From a virus (Duplodnaviria; Caudoviricetes), in the IMG/VR virus record IMGVR_UViG_3300042268_000564: DNA of 64,000 bases, one strand, 5' to 3'. The notes under the pieces are model-generated. The model saw nothing but the letters and a program-made list of their open reading frames with translations, was not told the origin of the DNA and made no database searches. Positions within the stretch are counted from its first letter, which is position 1. Every line of letters starts with the position of its first letter. A program made the position numbers and the translations under genes. Below are positions 49,486 to 60,094 of this stretch, piece by piece.

Positions 49486-49513
49486 GACAACGGGAACGGT
49501 AAATCTCCTGCTT

Positions 49514-49547
49514 AAAAGGGCTGAAGAAATTCAGCCCTTTTTTATTT
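49514..49547 (+). terminator. Rho-independent terminator after tube
   Basis: AAAAGGGCTGAA-GAAA-TTCAGCCCTTTTTT. Confidence 0.9.
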
Positions 49548-49589
49548 CTACAAGAAACTATTATATAGGGGTGGCTGATTGATTTTTTT

Positions 49590-49845
49590 AGGGTTTTGAT
49601 GCAAAGAAACATAATGAAAGAATCAAAAGTTGTCCTCGAAGGGGTAAAATAATTTTAGATACAAGAAAACCTGTGTTTTCAGCGTATCTTTGCAAACCGT
49701 GTTTGCAATTGTCCTTTCTGCGAAAGCAGTTCAACAAATTTCTTATTTGTTGGAGTGAGGAGCCTACCGTCCCTCATATCAACAAACAGGCAAATAAGTT
49801 TTTATAACTTTGCTTGAACGGTGGCTGATTCAGCCAGTTATTTTT
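49590..49845 (+). ncRNA. Candidate structured RNA (multi-hairpin)
   Basis: Seven nearly back-to-back stem-loops, including a GNRA-capped one, in the only long intergenic gap. Confidence 0.4.
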
Positions 49846-49869
49846 AATTAACAAATGGGGGTTCCAATA

Positions 49870-50457
49870 ATGGACGAAGTTGAAAGAGCCAGAATGGCTA
49901 TGAATGGTGCCAAGGGGAGTTTGCCAGAAGAGTATAAGGAAAAAAACTCATCAAGTGAACTGAGCGCAGAAGAAAGAGCAGAGCTGAATTCACCTGTAGC
50001 TTCTGTAGGAAGTTTCAGCAATGGCGAAGCTGTTGAGATGACAGTTGATGACTTTCTTGCCGCTACAAAAAGAGACCACTACGTTTCTAAAACGTGGGAA
50101 AGCAAGAAACGTATCGTAAAAATCAAGAAATTCACCAAAGGTGACAATGACAGAGTTTCTTCCCCATTGATGAAGAAAACGGTCGCTATTGAGATTTCAG
50201 ATGACAAAGACCCAAGCAAATCAAAGCCAAAGCTTGATGTTTCTATGGAAACATTCACAGAAATGGAAAAGATTATGGTCGAAGTCGGTTTGAGTTATTA
50301 CCAGAAAGATAATAGACCTCTTATTGACCGTGCTTACATTGACAAGGTGCTTACCGCTGATGAATTTAAAGAGCTTGTAACACTTGTTCAAGAAGTGAAT
50401 CCTGAAGCTATGGCAGCAAGTGCCAAGGTCGAAAAGAACGAACAGTTAAAAAAATAA
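49870..50457 (+). CDS. Tail assembly chaperone (gpG-like)
   Basis: Between tube and TMP; GGGGG SD before 49870; ends in a slippery site. Confidence 0.75.
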   Translation: MDEVERARMAMNGAKGSLPEEYKEKNSSSELSAEERAELNSPVASVGSFSNGEAVEMTVDDFLAATKRDHYVSKTWESKKRIVKIKKFTKGDNDRVSSPLMKKTVAIEISDDKDPSKSKPKLDVSMETFTEMEKIMVEVGLSYYQKDNRPLIDRAYIDKVLTADEFKELVTLVQEVNPEAMAASAKVEKNEQLKK

Positions 50458-50490
50458 TAAGGGGGCACCCGGAGCTGTACGGGTTCCTCC
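50448..50490 (+). other. -1 programmed ribosomal frameshift signal
   Basis: A-AAA-AAA heptamer at 50448-50454, 6-nt spacer, GC hairpin at 50461-50490; -1 frame open to 50906. Confidence 0.8.
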
Positions 50491-50906
50491 TGACATCTTT
50501 TCTTTGGCGACAAACACCAACTGAAATGAGACAAGTTCCCCAAGCAGACTATGATTTCATGGCTGCTTTTGGGGAAATTGTCATAGAAGGAGTTGTTGAC
50601 CTTGTCAAGGGTGTTCTTGGGGTGGCAGAAGATGCTGCCGAAAAGTCGCCTGAGCTTAAAAAGCATATTAACAAGGCAAAGAATAAGGCTGGTGTTTTGA
50701 CAGGGAAAAAACAAGCAGCGAGCACTACTGATAGTGAAAGTATTAGTCAAGAAGATTGGACTGCGGCAAGAAATGCGAAGCTAATGCCACAAATTAAGCG
50801 TGTAAGTCAGAAGCCAGAAGCTGATAGACGCTTTGATTGGTATGAGAAAAAGGGGTTCTTGGCTGAGTGTTGGCAACAGCGGCAGGAAAGATTGAACGGA
50901 GATTGA
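50448..50906 (+). CDS. Tail assembly chaperone extension (gpT-like, -1 frame)
   Basis: -1 frame reads KKIIRGHPELYGFLLTSFLWRQTPTEM and joins the 50526 ORF. Confidence 0.7.
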   Translation, partial: KKIIRGHPELYGFLLTSFLWRQTPTEMRQVPQADYDFMAAFGEIVIEGVVDLVKGVLGVAEDAAEKSPELKKHINKAKNKAGVLTGKKQAASTTDSESISQEDWTAARNAKLMPQIKRVSQKPEADRRFDWYEKKGFLAECWQQRQERLNGD

Positions 50907-50928
50907 ATGAGATAAGGGGATTATAACT

Positions 50929-53900
50929 GTGTCTGAAGGCGCATCTTTTGATTTTTTGTGTAATACTGGACAAGCTCAGAATGCTGTTTCTGGGCTTGCA
51001 GACCTTTTTGGGCAAAAGTTCGGCGGAATGTCTACGGCAGTTAATAGTGCCATGTCTAATATTAGTAGCGACTTTATGAAGTTCGCTGGTGCGATGACTA
51101 GTGCGGCTGGTGCAGTCGATTATCTAGTTAAAGGTCTTAAGGGTTTTGAAGCGTTCGAAAAGCTTATTGTTAAAACTGGCGGTCTTTTAAACGCCACAAA
51201 GGGTGAGTTAAAGCTTCTTCAAGACACAGCGATTGATTTGGGTGCTGCTACAGAATATGCAGCAAAAGATGTTGCTGGTGCGATGTCCCAAATGGCACTT
51301 GCAGGTTTCAGTGTAAACGAAATCGTAGGTGCGTTACCGGGTTTGCTTGGTATGGCAACCGCAGGTATGGTTGGTATCGGACAAGCAACAACCATTGCAT
51401 CCGAAATTCTTAGAACATTTCAAATCGAAGCAAAGAACATGGATTATGTTGCTGGTGCTTTGACCACAACATTTACCACTACAAATACAACTCTGAGCAC
51501 TTTGTCTTATACGATGAAGTATGTTGGTGCGCAGGCATCAGAACTTGGCGTAGGCTTAAGTCAGGTTGCAGCGGTTGCTGGTGTTTTGGGTAATATCGGT
51601 GTTAAAGGTTCTATGTCAGGGACAGGTTTGCGTCAGTTCATGGAAAAATTAGCGGCAGGACTTGGCGGCATGAGCCAGAAGCTTGCGGCAGGCACCAAAG
51701 GCTTGAAGTCTATGGGGTTGTCATGGAAGGACGTATCAGACGATGCAGGCAATCTTAATCTTGTAAAAGCAGTAGAAAAGATAGGTGCTGCTCTTGATAA
51801 AATGGGTGCCAAGGCATCTGCGAGGATTAAGATTCTCAGAGATATTTTCGGTGTGAGAGCATCATCGCAAATTGCGGCACTTATTTCTCAGGGTTCCGAA
51901 GTGTTAGGTGCGAAAGACCTTGAGATTGCATTCGGTGGTGCAAAACAACAGTTGATGGGCTTTTTAAATCAGGCTACAAGGCTTGACGAAGGTTTACATG
52001 GCATGAAACTTAATGCTGAGGAAATGGCAGAGAGTTTCGTTGTTGTTGGTGGCGTAGGTCGAAGGAATCTTTCAAGGCTTTCCGACCAAATGAGAGAATT
52101 AGGGCTTGTTGGCGGTGCATTTAATACTCAAGTTGGTGTAATGCGTGAAAGAGTGCAAAAAGTTGACGGAAAGATTATTAGAGACAATACCTTTACGCCA
52201 GTTCAAGAGCTGACAGAAGGAACTTTGCGAGCAGTTGATGGGCTTGCAAGATTGCGTGCTCACATTAATGCTATGGGCACTGATGCTGAAAAAATTAAAT
52301 TGATTCAAGAGATATTTGGTGCAGACCCGGCTATGCAGGACAGAGCTATTAAAGCTTTTACTCAAGGTGGCGCAGCGATGAAAGATTTTGCGAACAGAAT
52401 GCTTGCTGCGAACTCTGCTATGGACATCCAAAAGAAAGTTATGGATTCTACTTGGGGTTCACTGGAATTGCTCTCAGGTTCATTTGATACATTCCAGACG
52501 GTGCTCGGTGAACTTGTGAGTCCAATAGTTCGTGTTACAGCGTTGTTCTTGGCATCTGCGATTGATTTGTTAATGGCAGGCAATACGATTGAGGGTAAGT
52601 GGGCTGAATTTTTGTCGAACCTTGGCGGTTTAGAGAGATTCATAAACAAGCTCGTAGATGCGTTTAATAAGTTCTCTGCCGCAGGGAAGGCTGTTGTAAT
52701 AATACTTTTAAGTATGGCTACCCTGTCTACGGTAGTCGCTGCTGTCGCAGCAGCGAAACTTCTATTAATCACGACTGGTGCGGCGTTGGTTTCAACATTT
52801 GCCACGTTGTCGGCTGCGGCAGCGTCGCTTGGCGCAGCACTTTCTTTGCCTTTCATATTGGCGGCGGCTCCTATTACTTATCTGACGTATCAACTTCTTC
52901 CTGCGTTGTTAGAAACAGGTCGACAGGTGTCCGAGGTTTTTGGGGCAATGGGGACGATTGACATGGCACCGAAGATTTCTGCAATGGACATCGCATCTGC
53001 CATGCCTGAGAAAGGGTTGCTTGCGAAGGTGGCTGTGGGTGTCGAATATGCAGTCTCTGGCATTTATAAAGTGATGGAATATATAGTTATTGGATTAATT
53101 GAGGCTGCGGGATTATTTTTTGCATGGCTCCAGCTTAAATTTGCGGGGCTTATGGCGTTTACTTTTGATTTAATTTCTAATTTCGGTGAATTTGTAGCGC
53201 AATCTATTTCATCTCTTGCGAATGTTTTTGTGGGAATAGTAAATAGCATTGACAGAGTTACAGAAGCTTTAGTGGCTATGTTGTTAAGGACTTTAGTTGG
53301 TTTTTCTTATTTAGCATTAGAAGCCTTTTTCGGGATTTTAATTTCATTCGTTACTGGTGCAGTAAAAACTATGTGGGCGGCTATTAGAACTTTTGCAGTA
53401 GACTTGCCTGCTATTTTCCTCAACATGTTTTTATCTCTTCAAGCAAAGGCATTGTCTTTCTTGGGGACACTGTTGACGTTGACCATTACGGTCTTTAACA
53501 AGATATTGATGGCTGTCATTGACGGGTCTGTTTTTGTTCTTGATGCCATAACAAAGATTGTTCTTGTTCTTGCCACTTTACCTGTTTCTTTACCGTATAT
53601 TGCAATTAAAGCGTCGATTGCTTTTATAAAAGCGTTCTTGGAAAAGTTGCAGCCCGGATTTGATGCTATACAAGGTGCTCTTTCGGAAATGTTTGAGAAT
53701 ATTAAAAAGGCACTTTTGAAATTGGCATCGGATATAATTAATGCAATTATTGCTCCAGTAAAGAATTTTATTTTAGGGCTTGGTCGAGCGGTTGCCTCTA
53801 TGTCTATGACGATGATTAGCTTGCCGGGTTTAATTTATATGGTCGTGGGCAAGATTGTAGATGCAGTGTTAAATGGGATTGCTGGCGTTGGAAATTCTAT

Positions 53901-56900
53901 TTACAACTTCATGACTTCTCTTCCTGATAAAATCCGTAGGTTTATCATAAGTATCTTTTCAGCAATCGCAGATTTCTTTTCCGGTGCGGCAAGAGCAATC
54001 GGAAGCTTTGGCGTCTCTCTTGGTATTACAGTAAGTCGTGTGTTGGGTGGAATAGCAAAAGCAGTGGCAGGGATTATTGTCGGGATGCCTTATATGATAT
54101 TGAGAGTGATATGGGCTGTTGTCTCCGGAATTGCAACAGGCTTTATTATTCTCATGACGAGAGCTTTTGATTCTGTTCGTTCTATGCTTTATAGAGTAGG
54201 CAGTACTTTTATTTATCAAGGAATTGGACAGTTTATTACTAACTTAAAAACATTTTTTGCAGAAGCCGTGCCGAATATGATTAAAGATGTGAAGCGAGAA
54301 CTGGCAGAGTTTTATGTGAAAATAGTTGAAGCTGTAGCATATGTAATTTATGGCTTGCCAAGCATTATAGCAGGAATGATAAAGAGTTTTGTTGATAATG
54401 TATTAACTTTCCTATTGGATGCGCCTGCAATGGTTGCAAACTTTTTCATTGAAGCTATTGAGAATGGTGTAACAATGGTAACAGACCTCGTCGGTGCGAT
54501 ATTGAGCTTTGGCACCGATGAAGTAGGTGAAAAGACATATTCTGCTGTAGGCAACCTGATTGAAAGGTTGATTAAAACAATTGTAGCATTTCCAGACATT
54601 TTATTAGCGGAAATTGACTATCAAATAGCTCGTGTAAGCAAGAAGTTGGATGATGCAATTGAAATATTGATGAACATAAATTGGGATGAGGTTATGCAAG
54701 CCTTTGCCAATATTATTGATAATGTCATAAATAAGCTTGTGAAGATTTTTGATGGGCTATTAGGTGTTTTCGGGGATGGTGCAGAGAATGGTTTTATAAG
54801 ACTTCTGGGACGTCTGATAATGGCTGTTTACAGAATGTTTGATGCAATAATCGCAAAATTCCCTTGGGGAAAATTATGGGCATTGTTCGGCAAGGTATGG
54901 GACTTTTTTGTTAATCTCGGCAATGCGATTAGCAGAGCAATAATAAGTTCTATCGCTCGTTTGTTCGGATACTTGTCTAGCGGTGGGCTTATGAAGGCTT
55001 TTGACTTTGTAATCGGGAAATTCTTGGGATTGCAGCGGGCATTCTTGGATTGGTCATTAGACATGAAGGCACTTGTGAAAAGTATATTTCCTGATAAGGG
55101 CTTTGCTGGTGTGATACGAAATGTGTTGCTTGGTGTATTGAACCTCATGGAAGCTGGCGCACATATTTTAATAAGAATCATGCGACCTGTTCAAGCGTGG
55201 CTTGAAAATGTATTTACTGAGATACAAGCAGTCATAGATTTATTCAGTGATATTTTTACTGTTTTTGACGGGCTTGGGGTTGGTATATTTGATGTGTTCG
55301 CTGACCCTAATCTGTATGGAATGCTAGAACAGGGTTTCCAAGCTGCTTTTAACAGGTTGGCTGGTTTCGTCCCTGCGCCATTGGTGAAAGCGTTCGAAAC
55401 AATTATGGTTGCTCTTGGTGCGCCAGTTGCGGCTGGTGGCTCCGTTTTAAATAATATCGGTGGCGTAATCGTTAATTTGTTTTTAACTTTAACAAAAGTG
55501 TTTGGCGTTTTTGCTACAGTTTTTAAGGGCTTGACAGATGATGTGTTGAATAATGTAGATGGAATTGTGTCGTGGATTGAAGGTGCATTTACTAAAATTG
55601 CTAATGCTGGTAAGGCAGGCGGTTTGGGTGGTATGGCTGCTGCTGTTGCTGGTCTTTTGCGGGAGGTTTTCGATACAGTATCTGACAAACTTAATGCCGC
55701 AGGTATTAAGGTATTTGACGGGATTTTAACTGTATTAGAAGAATCGGGTCCAATGGGGCAGCGTGTAGCAAATCTTATGAGGCTTGTTGGTCCTGTTGCG
55801 AAGCCTATATTTGATATGATAACAGGTTTATTTAAGTGGTTGGGCAGCAGTGCGATGTCTCCATTAACATGGTTTATAGAGAATGTTGGTAGTGCTATAA
55901 AAGGGATTTCTGCGCTAGGTGCGGGGCTTGTTACTTATTTTGGTGATAGCACAGCACAAGATGCAACTGGTACCACTGGTTTTGCAGAAATGATGCAGAC
56001 GAAGTTTAAGGAGTATTTCACAGACCCAATTGCTGAAAGTTGGGCAAAATTTAAAGCTACTATAACTGAAGAAACTGAAGAGCTCGGTGAATGGGGCTTT
56101 GATATGACCAATTTAAAGAAGCAATTTGCAGATTTAAAAGACTGGGCTGCTTCTCAAATGGCAGATGTGGTTTTAGGCATAATAGAAAAGATTGTGAAAT
56201 CCTTGGAAAAAGAATTAGGTGTGAGTCTTGGCAGTGAAAAGATTGCAGCAGCAAGAAAAGGTCTTACTGGTGCAAGCGAGGTTGCTGACAAATTTGCCCC
56301 GTCAGTTGATAAACTTGGACAGGTTCAAGGTTCGGCTGCGGATAAGGGTATATATTTAGCAGGTGAAGCTACTGCCAAAATGGCAAAAGCTTATGATGAT
56401 AAAATAAAAAATACTTTTGGTCGAGATAATGTTGTTTCAAGAGGCGTAGGCAACGTAGCATCGGTTCTTGCAGGTGGCACGTCAGGTCAAGGTTGGCAAA
56501 AAATTTACGATGGACTTATGAATGCGCCTCAGCTAGAAGGCCAGATTATGGACGCTGAAATGTTGGCGGGGCAGACTCTTATAAATGAGAGGGTAACTGC
56601 ACATCTAAGAAGTCGATATAAAGAAATGGCGGCTGGTACTGATATCGACTTTACTACATTTGCCAAGCTTTATTCAGGTGCGTCACAAGCTGGTTCAAAG
56701 GGTCGTGGCGGACTTACTATAGTAGATTTTATGCAAAAATTTGTAGATGATGTAAAAGCGAATAAAGTAACTGCTGACGGCAAGGCAATTGGTTCGCAAA
56801 ATATGGATGGTGCATCTGTTGTTGTTAATAATAATGGAAATACTATTAACACTCAGGTTAGTGGAACGTCAGGTGAAGATGTCGCTGCTAAAACTCAGAG

Positions 56901-57048
56901 TAATATCGCAAATACAATAGAGGCTGAGACTAGATTAAAAGGTGTGAACAAAGACCAAAAATCTACACCGCCAGCAAAGCCTAGCAAGGGCGGGATTGGA
57001 ACTAGCCCAGACTTTAAGCCAAGAAGAGTAGTAATGCCATCGGCGTAA
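50929..57048 (+). CDS. Tape measure protein (TP901-like core)
   Basis: 2039 aa; 'AIDLGAATEY.A.DVA.AM..MALAGF', 'GVKGSMSGTGLR'; long amphipathic repeats. Confidence 0.93.
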   Translation: MSEGASFDFLCNTGQAQNAVSGLADLFGQKFGGMSTAVNSAMSNISSDFMKFAGAMTSAAGAVDYLVKGLKGFEAFEKLIVKTGGLLNATKGELKLLQDTAIDLGAATEYAAKDVAGAMSQMALAGFSVNEIVGALPGLLGMATAGMVGIGQATTIASEILRTFQIEAKNMDYVAGALTTTFTTTNTTLSTLSYTMKYVGAQASELGVGLSQVAAVAGVLGNIGVKGSMSGTGLRQFMEKLAAGLGGMSQKLAAGTKGLKSMGLSWKDVSDDAGNLNLVKAVEKIGAALDKMGAKASARIKILRDIFGVRASSQIAALISQGSEVLGAKDLEIAFGGAKQQLMGFLNQATRLDEGLHGMKLNAEEMAESFVVVGGVGRRNLSRLSDQMRELGLVGGAFNTQVGVMRERVQKVDGKIIRDNTFTPVQELTEGTLRAVDGLARLRAHINAMGTDAEKIKLIQEIFGADPAMQDRAIKAFTQGGAAMKDFANRMLAANSAMDIQKKVMDSTWGSLELLSGSFDTFQTVLGELVSPIVRVTALFLASAIDLLMAGNTIEGKWAEFLSNLGGLERFINKLVDAFNKFSAAGKAVVIILLSMATLSTVVAAVAAAKLLLITTGAALVSTFATLSAAAASLGAALSLPFILAAAPITYLTYQLLPALLETGRQVSEVFGAMGTIDMAPKISAMDIASAMPEKGLLAKVAVGVEYAVSGIYKVMEYIVIGLIEAAGLFFAWLQLKFAGLMAFTFDLISNFGEFVAQSISSLANVFVGIVNSIDRVTEALVAMLLRTLVGFSYLALEAFFGILISFVTGAVKTMWAAIRTFAVDLPAIFLNMFLSLQAKALSFLGTLLTLTITVFNKILMAVIDGSVFVLDAITKIVLVLATLPVSLPYIAIKASIAFIKAFLEKLQPGFDAIQGALSEMFENIKKALLKLASDIINAIIAPVKNFILGLGRAVASMSMTMISLPGLIYMVVGKIVDAVLNGIAGVGNSIYNFMTSLPDKIRRFIISIFSAIADFFSGAARAIGSFGVSLGITVSRVLGGIAKAVAGIIVGMPYMILRVIWAVVSGIATGFIILMTRAFDSVRSMLYRVGSTFIYQGIGQFITNLKTFFAEAVPNMIKDVKRELAEFYVKIVEAVAYVIYGLPSIIAGMIKSFVDNVLTFLLDAPAMVANFFIEAIENGVTMVTDLVGAILSFGTDEVGEKTYSAVGNLIERLIKTIVAFPDILLAEIDYQIARVSKKLDDAIEILMNINWDEVMQAFANIIDNVINKLVKIFDGLLGVFGDGAENGFIRLLGRLIMAVYRMFDAIIAKFPWGKLWALFGKVWDFFVNLGNAISRAIISSIARLFGYLSSGGLMKAFDFVIGKFLGLQRAFLDWSLDMKALVKSIFPDKGFAGVIRNVLLGVLNLMEAGAHILIRIMRPVQAWLENVFTEIQAVIDLFSDIFTVFDGLGVGIFDVFADPNLYGMLEQGFQAAFNRLAGFVPAPLVKAFETIMVALGAPVAAGGSVLNNIGGVIVNLFLTLTKVFGVFATVFKGLTDDVLNNVDGIVSWIEGAFTKIANAGKAGGLGGMAAAVAGLLREVFDTVSDKLNAAGIKVFDGILTVLEESGPMGQRVANLMRLVGPVAKPIFDMITGLFKWLGSSAMSPLTWFIENVGSAIKGISALGAGLVTYFGDSTAQDATGTTGFAEMMQTKFKEYFTDPIAESWAKFKATITEETEELGEWGFDMTNLKKQFADLKDWAASQMADVVLGIIEKIVKSLEKELGVSLGSEKIAAARKGLTGASEVADKFAPSVDKLGQVQGSAADKGIYLAGEATAKMAKAYDDKIKNTFGRDNVVSRGVGNVASVLAGGTSGQGWQKIYDGLMNAPQLEGQIMDAEMLAGQTLINERVTAHLRSRYKEMAAGTDIDFTTFAKLYSGASQAGSKGRGGLTIVDFMQKFVDDVKANKVTADGKAIGSQNMDGASVVVNNNGNTINTQVSGTSGEDVAAKTQSNIANTIEAETRLKGVNKDQKSTPPAKPSKGGIGTSPDFKPRRVVMPSA

Positions 57049-57061
57049 TGGAGGGGAAATT

Positions 57062-58435
57062 GTGGCAAATGAAAATGTAAAAAGAATAGAAGACTCTCAA
57101 AGCCCGTCTACTATCGCATTTAAGGAAAACAATTTAAAGCCCTTAAGTGAAGATGCTGGTAAGCTTCAGGATGATTATGCAAAGAAACAGAGCCAAATGG
57201 TTGATGATGCTAAGGCTAAAGTAGGTCTTGGTAGTGAATCAGCAACTGCTATTCAGCAAATGGATGAGGGTGGCATCGGAAAAAATACCGACATGGTCTC
57301 ATCTAACAAGAATAAAACTCTCACTCTTGCAGAGCAGAGAGCATTAGCGGCTTATGCACAATATTCTTTGCCGAAATTTTATATTCCACCTCTTTTGGTT
57401 ACGGATACGGGGCAAGCAGATGATGTCGGCAAGGGAGTGCGTGCGGGGTTTATTTTTACCAGTATTGGCGACCTTAAAGTAGAGGATTTAACTTTTCCAA
57501 GAAATTTGCCAATCTTGAAAGTTCCTGATGCCGATATTGATGCAGTTCAGGACATGGGTTTTGGTAGTGGCAGCATAAAAGTGTCTGGCAGGCTATGGGG
57601 CGAGGCAGGTTATGCTCGCTTAGAGACATTGCGAGAGCTTTGCAAGTCTCGCAGACCGTTAATTTTCATTTCTCAGGAAACAGGGGCTTGGTATGTAATG
57701 CCTCAAAATGTTCCGGGTAAAAATACTGCTGCTGATAAACCTTATCAGTATTTCTTTGATGTTACTTTTGTTTGCGTTGCGCAACTGAATGAGGAAGACC
57801 CAACGGTGCAACATTATGCGAAATTAAGACGCGAACTCGTAAGGAAGAAATTTAACAGAGAAATGGCTTTAATTCGAGCACAAAATTCTGTCAAAGAAAG
57901 AATTAAGAATTTCGATACTATAACTGGAGCTGGTTCTGGAATCCAAAAAGGGTTCTATTATGATGCTACGAGTGGGAATGCAAGCTATAATCCTGATTTG
58001 CAAGAATTGCAGAATGAAAATTTTGTTGCAAAAACTACTGGCTCTGGTGGGATGGTTAATAATAATGGTCAAACAATTCAGGATTCGTCTAACTGGAAAG
58101 AGCAGGAGCTTGGCAAGGTTAAAGATATTAATGCATCTGCAAAAGATATAAATGAAAAACATGATGCGGCGGCTAAATCTAATACGCAGGCTACAAATTC
58201 TACAGATAAGAATCTTGGTATGCCAAGTAATACAAATCCCGGCGGTGGCGGACGTAATGAGCAGACTAATAAAGAAAAAAATACTAATACTGTGCCAATA
58301 AGAGAACCTAAAACATCTACTCCAGAAGAGCGTGCTGCTGCCGCTAAAAAATGGCAAGAAACGTCTCTGAAAAAGTATAACGAGCGAGGGAAAGTTAAAG
58401 TTCTGGGTGGTGGCGGCGGTGCATCATGGGAGTAA
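57062..58435 (+). CDS. Tail tube initiator-like protein (P2 gpU/Mu gpN-like core) with low-complexity flanks
   Basis: 'QDMG.GSGSIKVSG....A.ARLETLREL....PLIF' pattern; directly after TMP. Confidence 0.6.
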   Translation: MANENVKRIEDSQSPSTIAFKENNLKPLSEDAGKLQDDYAKKQSQMVDDAKAKVGLGSESATAIQQMDEGGIGKNTDMVSSNKNKTLTLAEQRALAAYAQYSLPKFYIPPLLVTDTGQADDVGKGVRAGFIFTSIGDLKVEDLTFPRNLPILKVPDADIDAVQDMGFGSGSIKVSGRLWGEAGYARLETLRELCKSRRPLIFISQETGAWYVMPQNVPGKNTAADKPYQYFFDVTFVCVAQLNEEDPTVQHYAKLRRELVRKKFNREMALIRAQNSVKERIKNFDTITGAGSGIQKGFYYDATSGNASYNPDLQELQNENFVAKTTGSGGMVNNNGQTIQDSSNWKEQELGKVKDINASAKDINEKHDAAAKSNTQATNSTDKNLGMPSNTNPGGGGRNEQTNKEKNTNTVPIREPKTSTPEERAAAAKKWQETSLKKYNERGKVKVLGGGGGASWE

Positions 58436-58441
58436 TGAAAA

Positions 58442-60094
58442 ATGGCTGACGAAGTTTTATTAACACCAATAGAAACTGTTGATGAAGAGATTAAGCTGGT
58501 TATAGACCAACTTAAGAGAGAGCTTGCTGCGTCTTATGAGAGTCCTTCACCTAATGACAGGTTGCCAACATCTGATAAGCAGATAGAAAGAATTCGTAAC
58601 CTGATTTTTACTGGTAAGGAAATGACGAATATAGATGAAGCGAGTCTTCCTGTCTATGTTAAGGAGCTTATAGAATCGGGTTTGCGTTTGCCATTATGGG
58701 ATGCAGGTTTGATTGTTGACCCTGATTGGATTGATAGATTTAATGCAGCAATAGAGGCAGGAAATCAAGAGCTTGCAATGAGGATTCTTGTAGATAAGGA
58801 AGATGCCCCTGACGAAGGGACTGTTTTAGGAAGCTGTTGCGATATAGGAAAAAGAAATAAATATTGTGAGCTGGAATTGGCAGATGAAACAGAAACATTT
58901 GGTAATAATGATAGAATCAAAGCTTTACTTTGGTATCTCAACTACATTTTTTTTATTGAACAGCAACATTACTATGCTGCTTACCATATGATAAGAGAAC
59001 GTAAGAAACGTAATACTATTTTTCCAAAAACATCGCCGTGGTATTTTACGCCTACATTACGTGGTTCTTGGGAGCGTCAAGATGTTACCGATAAATATGT
59101 GGATTATTTTAATCAAGAGCTTTACGTTCCATTTCTTGCTGATTTGTCTGGAAAGAAAGTTACTGGCTGTTATTTAAAAGTGAATAATAACCTGATAGAT
59201 GATTACACGATTGTTGTGGCTGAAGGTGTTACAGGAAACTTGAAAATAACGCTTGCAACCAGTGCTTTGCGTGAAGAATATTTGAATGTGACTGATGCTG
59301 TTGATTTTCAGAATAAAGTTAATGGCGTGAGTGCTATTGGCTCTATAGAGTTGACAGAATATTCTGATTCATTTTTGCTCCCTGCGGCATTGTCTACATA
59401 TACGAGAGATGAATATCGTTTTACAAGAGAACAGGTAGATGTTTTCAGCATTGCTTTTTATGGAGACTACGCCACGAAGCCCCAATGGGTAGCATTGAAT
59501 ATGTCTGCTGAACGTAGGATAACTTTGTCGGGTTGGGAAGATGATTATAAGAGTTGGCTTTCTATTCAAAATTCGGTAGAGCAAGTCTTTTTGGATTTGT
59601 TGGTGTTAAGACCACTCGGCGAAGTTGTTGATTTTCCTATCTTAGAAAGAATGTCGCCAGACATTTTGCAGGCAAAAGCTCCTACAAGAACAAATGATTT
59701 GTCAGATGACATGATGCAAAGGCTTGTGGATATTATAAAAGAAGATGATGTATTAACACCCGATTTCTTAACTATGATGGATGGCATAGAGACTTATGTC
59801 GATTCAATAGTAGGGAAACAAACGGCTGTGCCCATCCCTGAAACTGAGGGGGATAAGGTAGCCAGAATAAGGTATGAGACTTTGTTTGGAACAAAAGAAG
59901 GGCTGAACATTGAAGTGTTTGAACTGCCGCCTTTCTGGTCACTACAGAGAGTTTCTGTGAAAAAGTTTGGCGTGGCTGACTATTGGCGTGATATTGCAGA
60001 CCTAAACAATGTGAGTAATCCGCTTGATGAGGTTGAAATGTTTGAGGGGCGCAGATTGGCTTTGCCACGTTCTGCTGCTGACAAGGCTGGATAA
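58442..60094 (+). CDS. Baseplate protein with C-terminal LysM/tail-X-like domain
   Basis: 'SLQRVS.K.FG...WRDIADLNNVSNP...G.RLALP'. Confidence 0.7.
   Translation: MADEVLLTPIETVDEEIKLVIDQLKRELAASYESPSPNDRLPTSDKQIERIRNLIFTGKEMTNIDEASLPVYVKELIESGLRLPLWDAGLIVDPDWIDRFNAAIEAGNQELAMRILVDKEDAPDEGTVLGSCCDIGKRNKYCELELADETETFGNNDRIKALLWYLNYIFFIEQQHYYAAYHMIRERKKRNTIFPKTSPWYFTPTLRGSWERQDVTDKYVDYFNQELYVPFLADLSGKKVTGCYLKVNNNLIDDYTIVVAEGVTGNLKITLATSALREEYLNVTDAVDFQNKVNGVSAIGSIELTEYSDSFLLPAALSTYTRDEYRFTREQVDVFSIAFYGDYATKPQWVALNMSAERRITLSGWEDDYKSWLSIQNSVEQVFLDLLVLRPLGEVVDFPILERMSPDILQAKAPTRTNDLSDDMMQRLVDIIKEDDVLTPDFLTMMDGIETYVDSIVGKQTAVPIPETEGDKVARIRYETLFGTKEGLNIEVFELPPFWSLQRVSVKKFGVADYWRDIADLNNVSNPLDEVEMFEGRRLALPRSAADKAG

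Noticed and set aside
49592-49806. About 71-codon open frame (GFDAKKHNER...) in the intergenic gap
   Set aside because: Preceded by in-frame stops with no SD-linked start near its 5' end; the hairpin tiling explains the region better, though a frameshifted remnant is possible
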